A stretch of DNA of 64,000 nucleotides from Holosporaceae bacterium (GTDB lineage Bacteria; Pseudomonadota; Alphaproteobacteria; UBA3830). The position numbers and the translations under genes are program-made. Below are positions 38,952-47,334 of this stretch, piece after piece (position 1 is the first letter of the stretch; every line of letters starts with the position of its first letter). The notes under the pieces were generated by a model that saw nothing but the letters and a program-made list of their open reading frames with translations, did not search any database and was not told where the DNA came from. The stretch covers positions 9,740 through 73,739 of the forward strand of contig JAITRU010000027.1 in NCBI GenBank assembly GCA_031288225.1, read 5' to 3'.

Positions 38952-40334
38952 ATGAATAGCGGAAATATACTAATTGTGGATGACGAAGAAGAGGTAAGAG
39001 CCCTTATGGTGGAGGTACTATCCGATGAAGGCTATACCACGACCCAGGCTTCCAACGAGCAGGAGGCCATTGGCAGCATCAAAAAAAACATACCTGACAT
39101 GGTTTTTTTGGATTTATGGCTGGGAGATAATGAAATTGCCGGCATTGAGCTTTTGGAAAAAATCAAAAGCCATAACTATGATGTTCCAGTGGTAATGATA
39201 TCAGGCCATGGAACCATAGATGTTGCCGTTGAAGCCATCAAAAAAGGTGCGTTTGATTTTATCGAAAAACCTTTTGTAATTGATCGTTTATTGCTCATGT
39301 GCAGTAGGGCAATGGAGTTGCGAAAATTAAAACAAGAAAATATTGCACTGAGGCATAGTAGTAGAGACAGCGATGCCTATACTGTTGGAGTATCTCCATT
39401 TGTGGCTAGTATTCGCCAGGTTGTTGACAAAATCGCAACCACCAACAGTCGTGTGTTCATAAAAAGTCCCATCGGAGTCGGGGCAGATGCCATTGCCTAC
39501 GATATTCACAAAAAATCACATCGCCGGACCTATCCATTCGTGTATGTTAACTGCATATGCAACAACTTTGAAAAATTTGATAATGATTTATTTGGGACAG
39601 ATAGGAAACTTGGCCATTTTCAGCAGGCGGACAATGGTACAATTTTTTTGGATGATGTATCAAAATTATCGCAGGATACACAACGACGGCTGATGAGTTT
39701 TTTGCAGGAAGGGCGCTATGGCATTCGAAACCGAAATATCTATGTTGATGTACGGATAATTTGTTCTTCCTCCGAGGAGCATATTGCCTATGTACTTGAT
39801 AATGGATTGTTTAGCCGGGAATTATTCTATAGGCTTAACATTTCCGCTATAACTATTCCTCCCATAGACGAGCGTCGTGAAGATATAGTGCCTCTACTGG
39901 AATATTATTTAGCAAGGTCAGACCAGTTGTTTGGGTTTCCGCGGAAAAATTTTTCCGAGAAAGCATTGGCAATTCTGCAATCATACAATTGGCCTGGAAA
40001 TATTTATCAAATAAGGAATGTCGTTGAGAGTTCATTGATTAATGCCGGAGATAGTGGCGATAATTTTATTCATTCTCAGCATATTCCTCAGGAAATTACT
40101 TCTAGTACCAAAGAAAAGCTTGATGCTCTTCAGGTAGCAAAATTTGTGGCTCTTCCACTAAAGGAAGCCAAAGATGCCTTTGAGTCCGATTATTTGCGGG
40201 TTCAGGTAGAAAGATTTAGTGGAAATATATCCCAAACAGCAGCGTTTATTGGTATGGAACGTTCAGCTCTGCATCGCAAATTGAAACTGCTGAACGTTGG
40301 CCGCGCAGTAAGAAATGCCAAGAAGAAAAAATAA
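38952..40334 (+). CDS. ntrX: Response regulator NtrX (receiver, degenerate AAA+ domain, Fis-type HTH)
   Basis: Receiver domain (ILIVDDEEEV, FLDLWL), an AAA+-like central domain without GAFTGA, and a C-terminal HTH (GNISQTAAFIGMERSALHRKLK). Confidence 0.88.
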   Translation: MNSGNILIVDDEEEVRALMVEVLSDEGYTTTQASNEQEAIGSIKKNIPDMVFLDLWLGDNEIAGIELLEKIKSHNYDVPVVMISGHGTIDVAVEAIKKGAFDFIEKPFVIDRLLLMCSRAMELRKLKQENIALRHSSRDSDAYTVGVSPFVASIRQVVDKIATTNSRVFIKSPIGVGADAIAYDIHKKSHRRTYPFVYVNCICNNFEKFDNDLFGTDRKLGHFQQADNGTIFLDDVSKLSQDTQRRLMSFLQEGRYGIRNRNIYVDVRIICSSSEEHIAYVLDNGLFSRELFYRLNISAITIPPIDERREDIVPLLEYYLARSDQLFGFPRKNFSEKALAILQSYNWPGNIYQIRNVVESSLINAGDSGDNFIHSQHIPQEITSSTKEKLDALQVAKFVALPLKEAKDAFESDYLRVQVERFSGNISQTAAFIGMERSALHRKLKLLNVGRAVRNAKKKK

Positions 40335-40394
40335 TGGAGAATTATAAGTACAGTTTGGTAACATCGTAGTATCAACGAAATGGTGAATAGATAA

Positions 40395-40628
40395 ATGTCA
40401 GGCAATGATAATATCCAAAATCGAGAAACTCCGCTTATTAGTGATGCTCTGCTCAGGATAATTGTATGTCCGGTTAGTGGTTGTGCTCTTGAATTGGATG
40501 GAGATAAACTCGTCAGTTACAAGGTCTGTACTTCTTATAAAATATTCGATGGTATTCCAATTTTGGTGGCCAGAGAAAATGGGAAAAATTTTCGAACAGA
40601 TGCAAAAGCAAAAAAATGTAAAAAATAA
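40395..40628 (+). CDS. Trm112/YcaR (UPF0434) family small protein
   Basis: LLRIIVCPVSG..L......L.S......YKIFDGIPILV pattern. Confidence 0.75.
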   Translation: MSGNDNIQNRETPLISDALLRIIVCPVSGCALELDGDKLVSYKVCTSYKIFDGIPILVARENGKNFRTDAKAKKCKK

Positions 40629-41403
40629 CAAGCACGACAGTGACAAAAAAAATACCAGATTGGCCAAAAGGATTGCCGAAAGTGGTCGTGCGTCTCGTCG
40701 AGACGCCGAAAGATTAATTCAGGCTGGAAGAGTCACCGTCAATGGTCAGATTGTTTTAACTCCAGTGTTTTTTGTGCCGGATGGTTGGGAAGTAGCCGTG
40801 GATGGCAAACCCATTGTTCAAGAGCAAGAAACGATTATTTGGAAATTTCATAAACCTAATGGGGTAATAACTACTAAGAAAGATCCCCAAAACAGAAAAA
40901 CTGTGTTTGATTTTTTTGATGAAAAAGAATGGGGGAGATTTTTATCCGTTGGGCGATTGGATATTAATTCTGAAGGGTTATTGCTATTTACCAACAGCGG
41001 AAGTCTTGCCAGAAAACTGGAATTACCAAGTAGCGGCATTAGCAGATCTTACAGGGTAAGGATGTTTGGAAAGCTAGATAATCATATAATCGATGAATTA
41101 GAGAATGGAATTTCCGTGAATGGAATTCACTATGGCCCGGTGCGAGTGATAAAATATTCTCAAAAGCCAGGAGCATCCAATTTTTGGGTATTAATTACGC
41201 TATGTGAAGGAAAAAATCGCGAAATTCGCAAAATAATGGAGCACCTTGGTTGCTCTGTTAATAGGTTGATCCGCGTCGCCTACGGCCCGTTCAGATTGGG
41301 AAATCTTCCGGTTGGAAAAAGCGAAAAAGTGCCGCAGCGTGACGTGATGAAGCTGTTGTCGGAATTGCAATCAGTTTGCGATGATGCGTTGGCGAAACAT
41401 TAG
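40579..41403 (+). CDS. rRNA pseudouridine synthase (RsuA/RluB family) with an S4 domain
   Basis: RLAKRIAESGRASRRDAERLIQAGRVTVNG (S4 domain), GRLDINSEGLLLFTNSG catalytic motif, and REIRKIM. Start is uncertain: ATG 40579 or 40600. The track ORF starts at 40462 inside the Trm112-like gene. Confidence 0.85.
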   Translation: MGKIFEQMQKQKNVKNNKHDSDKKNTRLAKRIAESGRASRRDAERLIQAGRVTVNGQIVLTPVFFVPDGWEVAVDGKPIVQEQETIIWKFHKPNGVITTKKDPQNRKTVFDFFDEKEWGRFLSVGRLDINSEGLLLFTNSGSLARKLELPSSGISRSYRVRMFGKLDNHIIDELENGISVNGIHYGPVRVIKYSQKPGASNFWVLITLCEGKNREIRKIMEHLGCSVNRLIRVAYGPFRLGNLPVGKSEKVPQRDVMKLLSELQSVCDDALAKH

Positions 41404-41510
41404 TCCGTAGTGATGCACCCATTCACTCCGAGAGCTCGTATGCGGATTACAAATCACGCGATTTAGATTGGTATCAGTAGTTGTATGATTCAGGGAGATA
41501 GTTTCAGTTA

Positions 41511-42117
41511 GAGTTTCTGCAAAAGAAGAAAAAGCTTGAAATAGTATAGGATAAGAGTGAAACTCAACCAGTTAGTTTGGAGCAAAAATGCTGAGTTTCA
41601 AGAAATTATACCAAATCCCATTTTGGATTGTCCAAATGGCTTCTCGAACACGCTCTATGGCAGCCGCTGCCAGGCAGGCAATAGCTAATCGATGATGGGA
41701 AATGGTATTAACCGGCGTAAAAGTGGAAGAATTTCGCGAGATTGTTGAAAGAATCCGCATGCCTCGAGATGCAATTGTACTTGACGATTCCGGATGCCCG
41801 GCTGCCAGGGACTGCCGAAGAAAAATAAAAACGCGATTCTTCTCCCTGAGCGATGGCGGAAAATTCCTCTAACTGAGGAAGAAAAGTCCCCTAATAGAGC
41901 TCTTTCGTACAGAAGATCGCTAGTCGAAAACGTCTTCGCGAAACTCAAAAAATTCAAAACTTTGAGCTCCGCTTACCGAAATTTCAAGAAAAAACTCCCA
42001 TGAGATTCTATATCATTGCCGAAATCCATAGCTTGAAATTTGCCTAAAACATTACTTCTCACTAGTACCGGATACTTCTAGAAAACCTATCAACTCAAAT
42101 TCACTTTCGCAGAAAAT
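41511..42117 (+). mobile_element. Degraded IS4/IS5-superfamily insertion sequence with an interrupted transposase reading frame
   Basis: Imperfect terminal repeats gagtttctgcaaaag (41511-41525) and caactcaaattcactttcgcagaaaatc (42091-42118, reverse orientation). Internal fragments are LTGVKVEEFREIVERI and RSLVENVFAKLKKFKTLSSAYRNFKK (compare the R.VE..F..LK.FR....RYDK C-terminus of DDE transposases), separated by stops and frame changes. Confidence 0.65.
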
Positions 42118-42795
42118 CTATTGTTTTCGAGAAGAAGGCAATTTTCTTTTGCTCATTAATTGGCGAATATTTTCGCGGTGTTTAGCTATGATAAGTGTAA
42201 CTAATACGATGAGAAGATACAATTGTTTTGTGTCATGGCGATGGTGGGTATATGGCACAAATTCAATGAATAAACAACTGGATACAGCACTGGCTAACCC
42301 GGCAACGGCAGATATCCGACAAATGGAAAACACAATAATCCAAATGATTATTGTTGTTGCAAAAACGTAAATATCAAGAGCGCCCAGTAAGCCGATATAG
42401 GTAGCAATTCCTTTGCCACCTCTGAATTTTAACCACAATGGAAACATATGCCCAATAACCACGGCTCCCATAATTGCAAGATTCAAGAAAACATCGTTGG
42501 TTTGAAGAAAATGGCAAGCGAAAAATCCTTTGAAAGAATCCAGGAAAAACGTTGATAATCCCAAAATTTTTCCCTGAGTTCTCATGACATTGGTAGCCCC
42601 AATGTTTTTTGATCCGGTTTCTCTAAGCAGTCCATTGCCAAAGCAATTTGAAAGAATCAAACCAAACGGAATCGATCCAAAAATATACGAGCAAATGGGA
42701 TATAAGTAATGTGTATTCATGAAAAACAACTTTTTAACATTCTCCGAAACAGTGTAGCATGAGACTAGGGTATCTATCAAATTGGTTACTTCCAT
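42118..42795 (-). CDS. plsY: Glycerol-3-phosphate acyltransferase PlsY
   Basis: YIFGSIPFGLIL, GSKNIGATNV, FRGGKGIAT motifs. The true start may be ATG 42720. Confidence 0.9.
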   Translation of the reverse strand: MEVTNLIDTLVSCYTVSENVKKLFFMNTHYLYPICSYIFGSIPFGLILSNCFGNGLLRETGSKNIGATNVMRTQGKILGLSTFFLDSFKGFFACHFLQTNDVFLNLAIMGAVVIGHMFPLWLKFRGGKGIATYIGLLGALDIYVFATTIIIWIIVFSICRISAVAGLASAVSSCLFIEFVPYTHHRHDTKQLYLLIVLVTLIIAKHRENIRQLMSKRKLPSSRKQ

Positions 42796-42980
42796 GTTTG
42801 GAAAAAGGATTTTTGGCTTTTATTGCTAAATTTTCCGATTGGCAGCGATATATTGATGGCAGACTAGCTTTACATCCAGGATATTTTTTGGTCTTCCATA
42901 GGATCTAGATCTTTCTGCATTTCTGCACAGTAAACATAAACCGAATCTACCATGGCAGGTCATGCACATAATCAGACGGA

Positions 42981-44291
42981 TCATTTTGATAATACTTTGG
43001 TACTTTTATCGCCACCTGTTTCGCCATGACCTCTTTTTATGAAAGGCAGCATAAAAATTCCGCTGACAAAGAATGTGGCAGCAACTAGCAACGATTGCGG
43101 CGTCGACTCTACTACCATGAGGGCGCAAAACGCCATTGCAACGATTCCAACAATGGCTTTTCCTATTTTTCTATCTCGAATTACCTCCCCTAGAAAGGCG
43201 ATGCAGCAAGCCATATAAATTACCAAAAACGCTTTGACGGAAAAATCTACTATGTAATTAATTTGTGCACTGAAATTGTCGCTTTTTGTTAGCAATATAA
43301 TTGGAAGCATACCTATGCTACTGATTATCACGCCGGCGTAGGGTGATCCACTGGAATTTTTTCTGGCGAATATTTCTGGTAGCAATCCATCCTGGGCGAG
43401 GCCTAGCGATATCTGTGCAGAAGTTAAAGTCCAGGCATTCAGAGTTCCTATGCAAACGATGGAAGCAATTATCGATAGCAGAATAGACATGTTTTTTCCC
43501 ACTACCACCTTTATGGCATCCACAAAGGGGGCGTTACTTACCGCTAACTCTGTTCCTGGTATTACTCCCATGATGGTGACACTATTGACAATGTAAACCA
43601 AAGCTACACCACAGGTCCCTACAATTATGGCATTTGGAATTGTTTTTCCAGGATTTTTGACATTTCCTGCTGGAGTAGTGGCGCATTCTACTCCTATGAA
43701 TCCCCAAAAGCAAAGAACTGTTACTTTGGTTATCAACTCTAAAATTGATGTGGATTCATACTCCGGCGCAAGCATTATGTTAGAGGCATCGAAATTTCCG
43801 ATAATTAGGGCCGGTACTACCACGAACGGCACAAATTTCATCAGGGTGAGGACAAATTCTACCCGTCCTGACAATTCAACACTTTTGCAATTTATTGCGC
43901 ATACAACAGCCAAAAGGCCAACCTCTAACATAAAAGTCATGGCGGGAGAAAAAATTCCCGTAATTGGACTTAAATATGATACGCTTAATATTACCAATAC
44001 TGTGCTGCTAACCCACGAAACAAGCCAATAGGCCCACCCTATATAAAAGCTGAACATACGTCCAAACACCATCTGTACATATTTGTGTGGGCCACCGATT
44101 TCGGGAAATCTTGTGCAGAGCTCAGCAAATACCATGGCCAGCATGATTGCTCCCAGTCCGGCTAGGCACCAACCCAAAATTCCCCAAAATCCATATGGAG
44201 CGAGACTTGCTGGCAAAACAAATATACCAGAACCAATCTGGCTGCCAAAAACAATCGACAATACAGGCCAAAATCCCATTTTTTTTGCCAT
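42981..44291 (-). CDS. APC-superfamily amino acid/polyamine permease
   Basis: 12-TM-like protein with an N-terminal GSQIGSGIFVLP motif typical of the APA/APC family. Substrate unknown. Confidence 0.8.
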   Translation of the reverse strand: MAKKMGFWPVLSIVFGSQIGSGIFVLPASLAPYGFWGILGWCLAGLGAIMLAMVFAELCTRFPEIGGPHKYVQMVFGRMFSFYIGWAYWLVSWVSSTVLVILSVSYLSPITGIFSPAMTFMLEVGLLAVVCAINCKSVELSGRVEFVLTLMKFVPFVVVPALIIGNFDASNIMLAPEYESTSILELITKVTVLCFWGFIGVECATTPAGNVKNPGKTIPNAIIVGTCGVALVYIVNSVTIMGVIPGTELAVSNAPFVDAIKVVVGKNMSILLSIIASIVCIGTLNAWTLTSAQISLGLAQDGLLPEIFARKNSSGSPYAGVIISSIGMLPIILLTKSDNFSAQINYIVDFSVKAFLVIYMACCIAFLGEVIRDRKIGKAIVGIVAMAFCALMVVESTPQSLLVAATFFVSGIFMLPFIKRGHGETGGDKSTKVLSK

Positions 44292-44544
44292 GGTAGTTAC
44301 TCTCTTTTTACGTCATTGATGAAGTATTTTACAATTGCAGCCCGGGCATTATAGCAGGGCATTTTTTTAAAGTCATTCCTGAAATTGCTTCTGTATAAAT
44401 TCACTACATGTGAGACCGCCTCGGAGTTGCGGTTTGCCATAATATATATACACAAGCTGTTTTTGAAATTACGTTTGTAGTGGTGCGTTTTTCGCTAAAA
44501 AACACCAATCAGCCCACCATTAATATGATATAGAGCGCGTACAT

Positions 44545-45186
44545 CTAATTGGTGATACCAACTCCTCGTCCCCACATCAAAAACCTTGCTTGCCCCTCCG
44601 GCAGGCCTTTGCAATTTGATCCACCGGCAAATGCCCGGCCTATCATTTCACTGGAAAATTTATAATCGCACACAAAAGTTAGAACAAATACCTTATTGTT
44701 AATGGTTGCATTTACACCAGCCGCAAATCCTAATTCTGGTCGCGTATGATCTTTCAGTGCCATGTCGCCGGTCCTGGCCACAAAAGTGTTGCCCATACTC
44801 AAAAATGGTGCTGATGATTCTTTTTTCCCTTGCGCATCAGGCCAGTATATATCTTCATTTCCATATGGAGCAGTTTGGCACATGGTATTCATGTCGTTGT
44901 AAATGGCAAAGTAATATCTTATTTTTTCCCTTTCGATGAATATCGGTCTGTGTTTTTCGACAATGGCATCAAAATTAATGGTGTTTTTGGAACTAATAAA
45001 GTCCAATACTGCCTCCGTAACCATGCTGTCCATGGCATTTTTGATGCTGTTGATTCTTATCATTTCAAATATAAAGAACATCATAAGCAAAACCACCGGA
45101 AGGGTTAAGCTAGTCTCCAGGACTGCTACTCCACCTCTGAATTGTGATTTCAAAAAAGACATTTTGTATGTTCCAACTGCGCTCAA
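44545..45186 (-). CDS. TadE-like (Flp pilus assembly pseudopilin-like) protein
   Basis: N-terminal [26 protein letters not shown] resembles the TadE/TadG motif. The rest is unrecognised. Confidence 0.55.
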   Translation of the reverse strand: MSAVGTYKMSFLKSQFRGGVAVLETSLTLPVVLLMMFFIFEMIRINSIKNAMDSMVTEAVLDFISSKNTINFDAIVEKHRPIFIEREKIRYYFAIYNDMNTMCQTAPYGNEDIYWPDAQGKKESSAPFLSMGNTFVARTGDMALKDHTRPELGFAAGVNATINNKVFVLTFVCDYKFSSEMIGRAFAGGSNCKGLPEGQARFLMWGRGVGITN

Positions 45187-45445
45187 CCGGTGGCCGGAGA
45201 TATTTGCCGCAAATATTCACAAAGCACGGAAACAATCACTTCCCGAAGAAAGTAATGGAATATTTTTAACAAGACGTTAATAGAGCAATACTCCACTTCA
45301 GTGGTCCTATGGGACTTTAATTTATCAATCAAGCAGTTATTGCTAAATAATATAAAAACATAAAAATTAAAAATAAATCGAACAAATTGCCCTATGAAGT
45401 GATACAATCACCGCGTGGTTTTGTTTATTTAAGATAAAGTTTAGC

Positions 45446-45907
45446 ATGCGTAGAAAAAAGATGAGCACCGATTCAACTATAATAGGGAGAATCAAGTTAT
45501 CTGGATTAGTTGTTCTATCAATTACTCTAGGAATTGCAGCTTCAATTTTTAGTGGCTGTCAGCCCGTCGTCGATTATCACGGCAATATAGTGTTCGACGA
45601 TGCGATTGCTGGTTTTGTAGTCGGAAAAACAACCGTTAATGATGTGCTGAATGAGTGCGGCACTCCGTCAATTTATAAGGATCCATTAACATGGATATAT
45701 ATCAAATATAAAAGTGAAGAAATTGCGTTTCGGCGAGTAGAGGCAAAGGACAAAGTGGTGGTGCGTATGAGGTTCGATCAAAATGGACTGCTGCAGTCCA
45801 TGAATACTATTGATACCAGCAAATTTAAAGATGTACCGGAAGATAAAGAAATTACAGAGCCCTTGGCAAAGCAACATATGGCAGCAACCAAGGTGGCATC
45901 CGAGTAA
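45446..45907 (+). CDS. bamE: Outer membrane assembly lipoprotein BamE (SmpA/OmlA)
   Basis: Lipobox IFSGC followed by DYHGNIV.DD....F.VGKTT.NDVL..CGTPS. Confidence 0.8.
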   Translation: MRRKKMSTDSTIIGRIKLSGLVVLSITLGIAASIFSGCQPVVDYHGNIVFDDAIAGFVVGKTTVNDVLNECGTPSIYKDPLTWIYIKYKSEEIAFRRVEAKDKVVVRMRFDQNGLLQSMNTIDTSKFKDVPEDKEITEPLAKQHMAATKVASE

Positions 45908-46033
45908 ATTTCTTTTCTGTGTATTTTTAGGCGCTGGTCCCCTATCCCGTTGCGCACATTTTTAATAGCGGAGACGCGCAATGGTATCTGTTGCTCCGGG
46001 CAGAAAAGGGATATAGATGGGATATCACGTTAA

Positions 46034-46987
46034 ATGAGACTTGTCATGTTTCCCGGTCAGGGATCTCAGACACCGGGAATGGGATTGGATGTTTACAATG
46101 CATTCGCGGGTGCAAGGCTTGTATTTCGGCAAGTTGATGATGCGCTGTCGCTAAAACTGTCCGATGTAATATTCCATGGATCATCGGATGAATTGAAACA
46201 AACCGAGAATGCCCAGCCGGCTCTGATGGCAGTAAGCATGGCCTATGTTGTTGTTTTGCGAGAAGAATTTGGCATAGATCTGGCCGAACATGTTTTGTTT
46301 TTTGCCGGGCATTCTCTGGGAGAATACACTGCTCTATGCGCCAGCGGCGTTATTTCGCTGGCAGATGCCGCAAGAATCTTGAAAATTCGAGGAAAAGCCA
46401 TGGCAGCGGCCCCAAGCCAGGATGGTGCAATGGCTGCCATTCTGGGATTGGATCTGGAAACGGTAGAATCTCTGGTGAATGATGAATGTACCAGATGCAA
46501 GGCCGCAGGAGCGAATTCTGTGCTACAGATTGCGAACGATAATGCCATCGGGCAGGTAGTGGTCAGTGGAACAAGAGCAAATGTTGAGCATTTCATCACC
46601 GTTGCCAAAGAAAATGGCGCAAAACTAGCTATTTTGATTGAAGTTAGCGGTCCATTTCACAGCCAACTAATGCAAAATGCCGCCATTAAATTGGCAGACT
46701 GGCTGGAAGAAGTAAATTTTCAAAAGCCAGTCAAACCCATCATCGCAAATGTCACTGCAAAAGCAGAAACTGATAATTTCCGGGAGCTGCTGGTCCGACA
46801 AATTACCGGACGGGTCAGATGGCGCGAGAGCATGATTTTTGCAAAAGACAGCGGAGTCTCCGAGTGCTGGGAAATTGGTCCCGGCAAAGTTCTTTGCGGA
46901 CTAGCTAAACGCACGTGTCCGGAATTCGCACTAACAGGTATAAATTCTTTGCAGGCCATTGAAGAAGCAGCAAAAAAGCTGTGCTAA
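46034..46987 (+). CDS. fabD: Malonyl-CoA-ACP transacylase
   Basis: FPGQGSQ, GHSLGEYTAL, and VSGPFHS motifs. Confidence 0.93.
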   Translation: MRLVMFPGQGSQTPGMGLDVYNAFAGARLVFRQVDDALSLKLSDVIFHGSSDELKQTENAQPALMAVSMAYVVVLREEFGIDLAEHVLFFAGHSLGEYTALCASGVISLADAARILKIRGKAMAAAPSQDGAMAAILGLDLETVESLVNDECTRCKAAGANSVLQIANDNAIGQVVVSGTRANVEHFITVAKENGAKLAILIEVSGPFHSQLMQNAAIKLADWLEEVNFQKPVKPIIANVTAKAETDNFRELLVRQITGRVRWRESMIFAKDSGVSECWEIGPGKVLCGLAKRTCPEFALTGINSLQAIEEAAKKLC

Positions 46988-47334
46988 TAAAGTAAGAATC
47001 TCCGTTAATTAAGATAATTTATTTTTAATTTTCCATTATTTTCTAGCCCACTATGGGTATAGACATTGGTGCGTAAACGGGGTACCATCGGCAACGTTGA
47101 ATGATATTTTCGACTGTGGGATTTCTAAGATTTAGTGTAATCTGGTGTTAGTTGTTCCGGAGCACTGTTCCTGAGGGTTTCAGTGCGTTTTGGTAAGTGT
47201 TGTGCTTTTTCATTTGGCATCACGTACTATAAGAGAGTGTTGGAAACTCGGTTCCCGAGAGGGAATTTTCCGTTGGTTGCTTCAATTCGTGCGTAACAAA
47301 TATTACAATATTTTTTTAATGATGGAGACATTGT
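46988..47334 (+). promoter_or_regulatory. Long (about 350 nt) untranslated region upstream of nrdD with hairpins and two NrdR-box-like half-palindromes
   Basis: cactatgggtatag (47049-47062) and gtactataagagagtgt (47224-47240) loosely resemble the NrdR-box acaCwAtATaTwGtgt. Hairpin ttcccgagagggaa. I recognise no ORF. Confidence 0.25.

Noticed and set aside
40462-40578. Upstream extension of the pseudouridine synthase ORF (track start 40462).
   Set aside because: The extension lies inside the Trm112-like gene in another frame and encodes an implausible hydrophobic peptide. The S4 domain begins after the internal ATGs at 40579 and 40600.
46988-47334. Cobalamin riboswitch upstream of nrdD; ggtgcgtaaacgggg...ccatcggcaacgttgaa vaguely recalls B12-element segments.
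   Set aside because: I could not find the conserved B12-box (AGCC.GA.GACCTGCC-like) or the full set of conserved helices. The resemblance is too weak to call.
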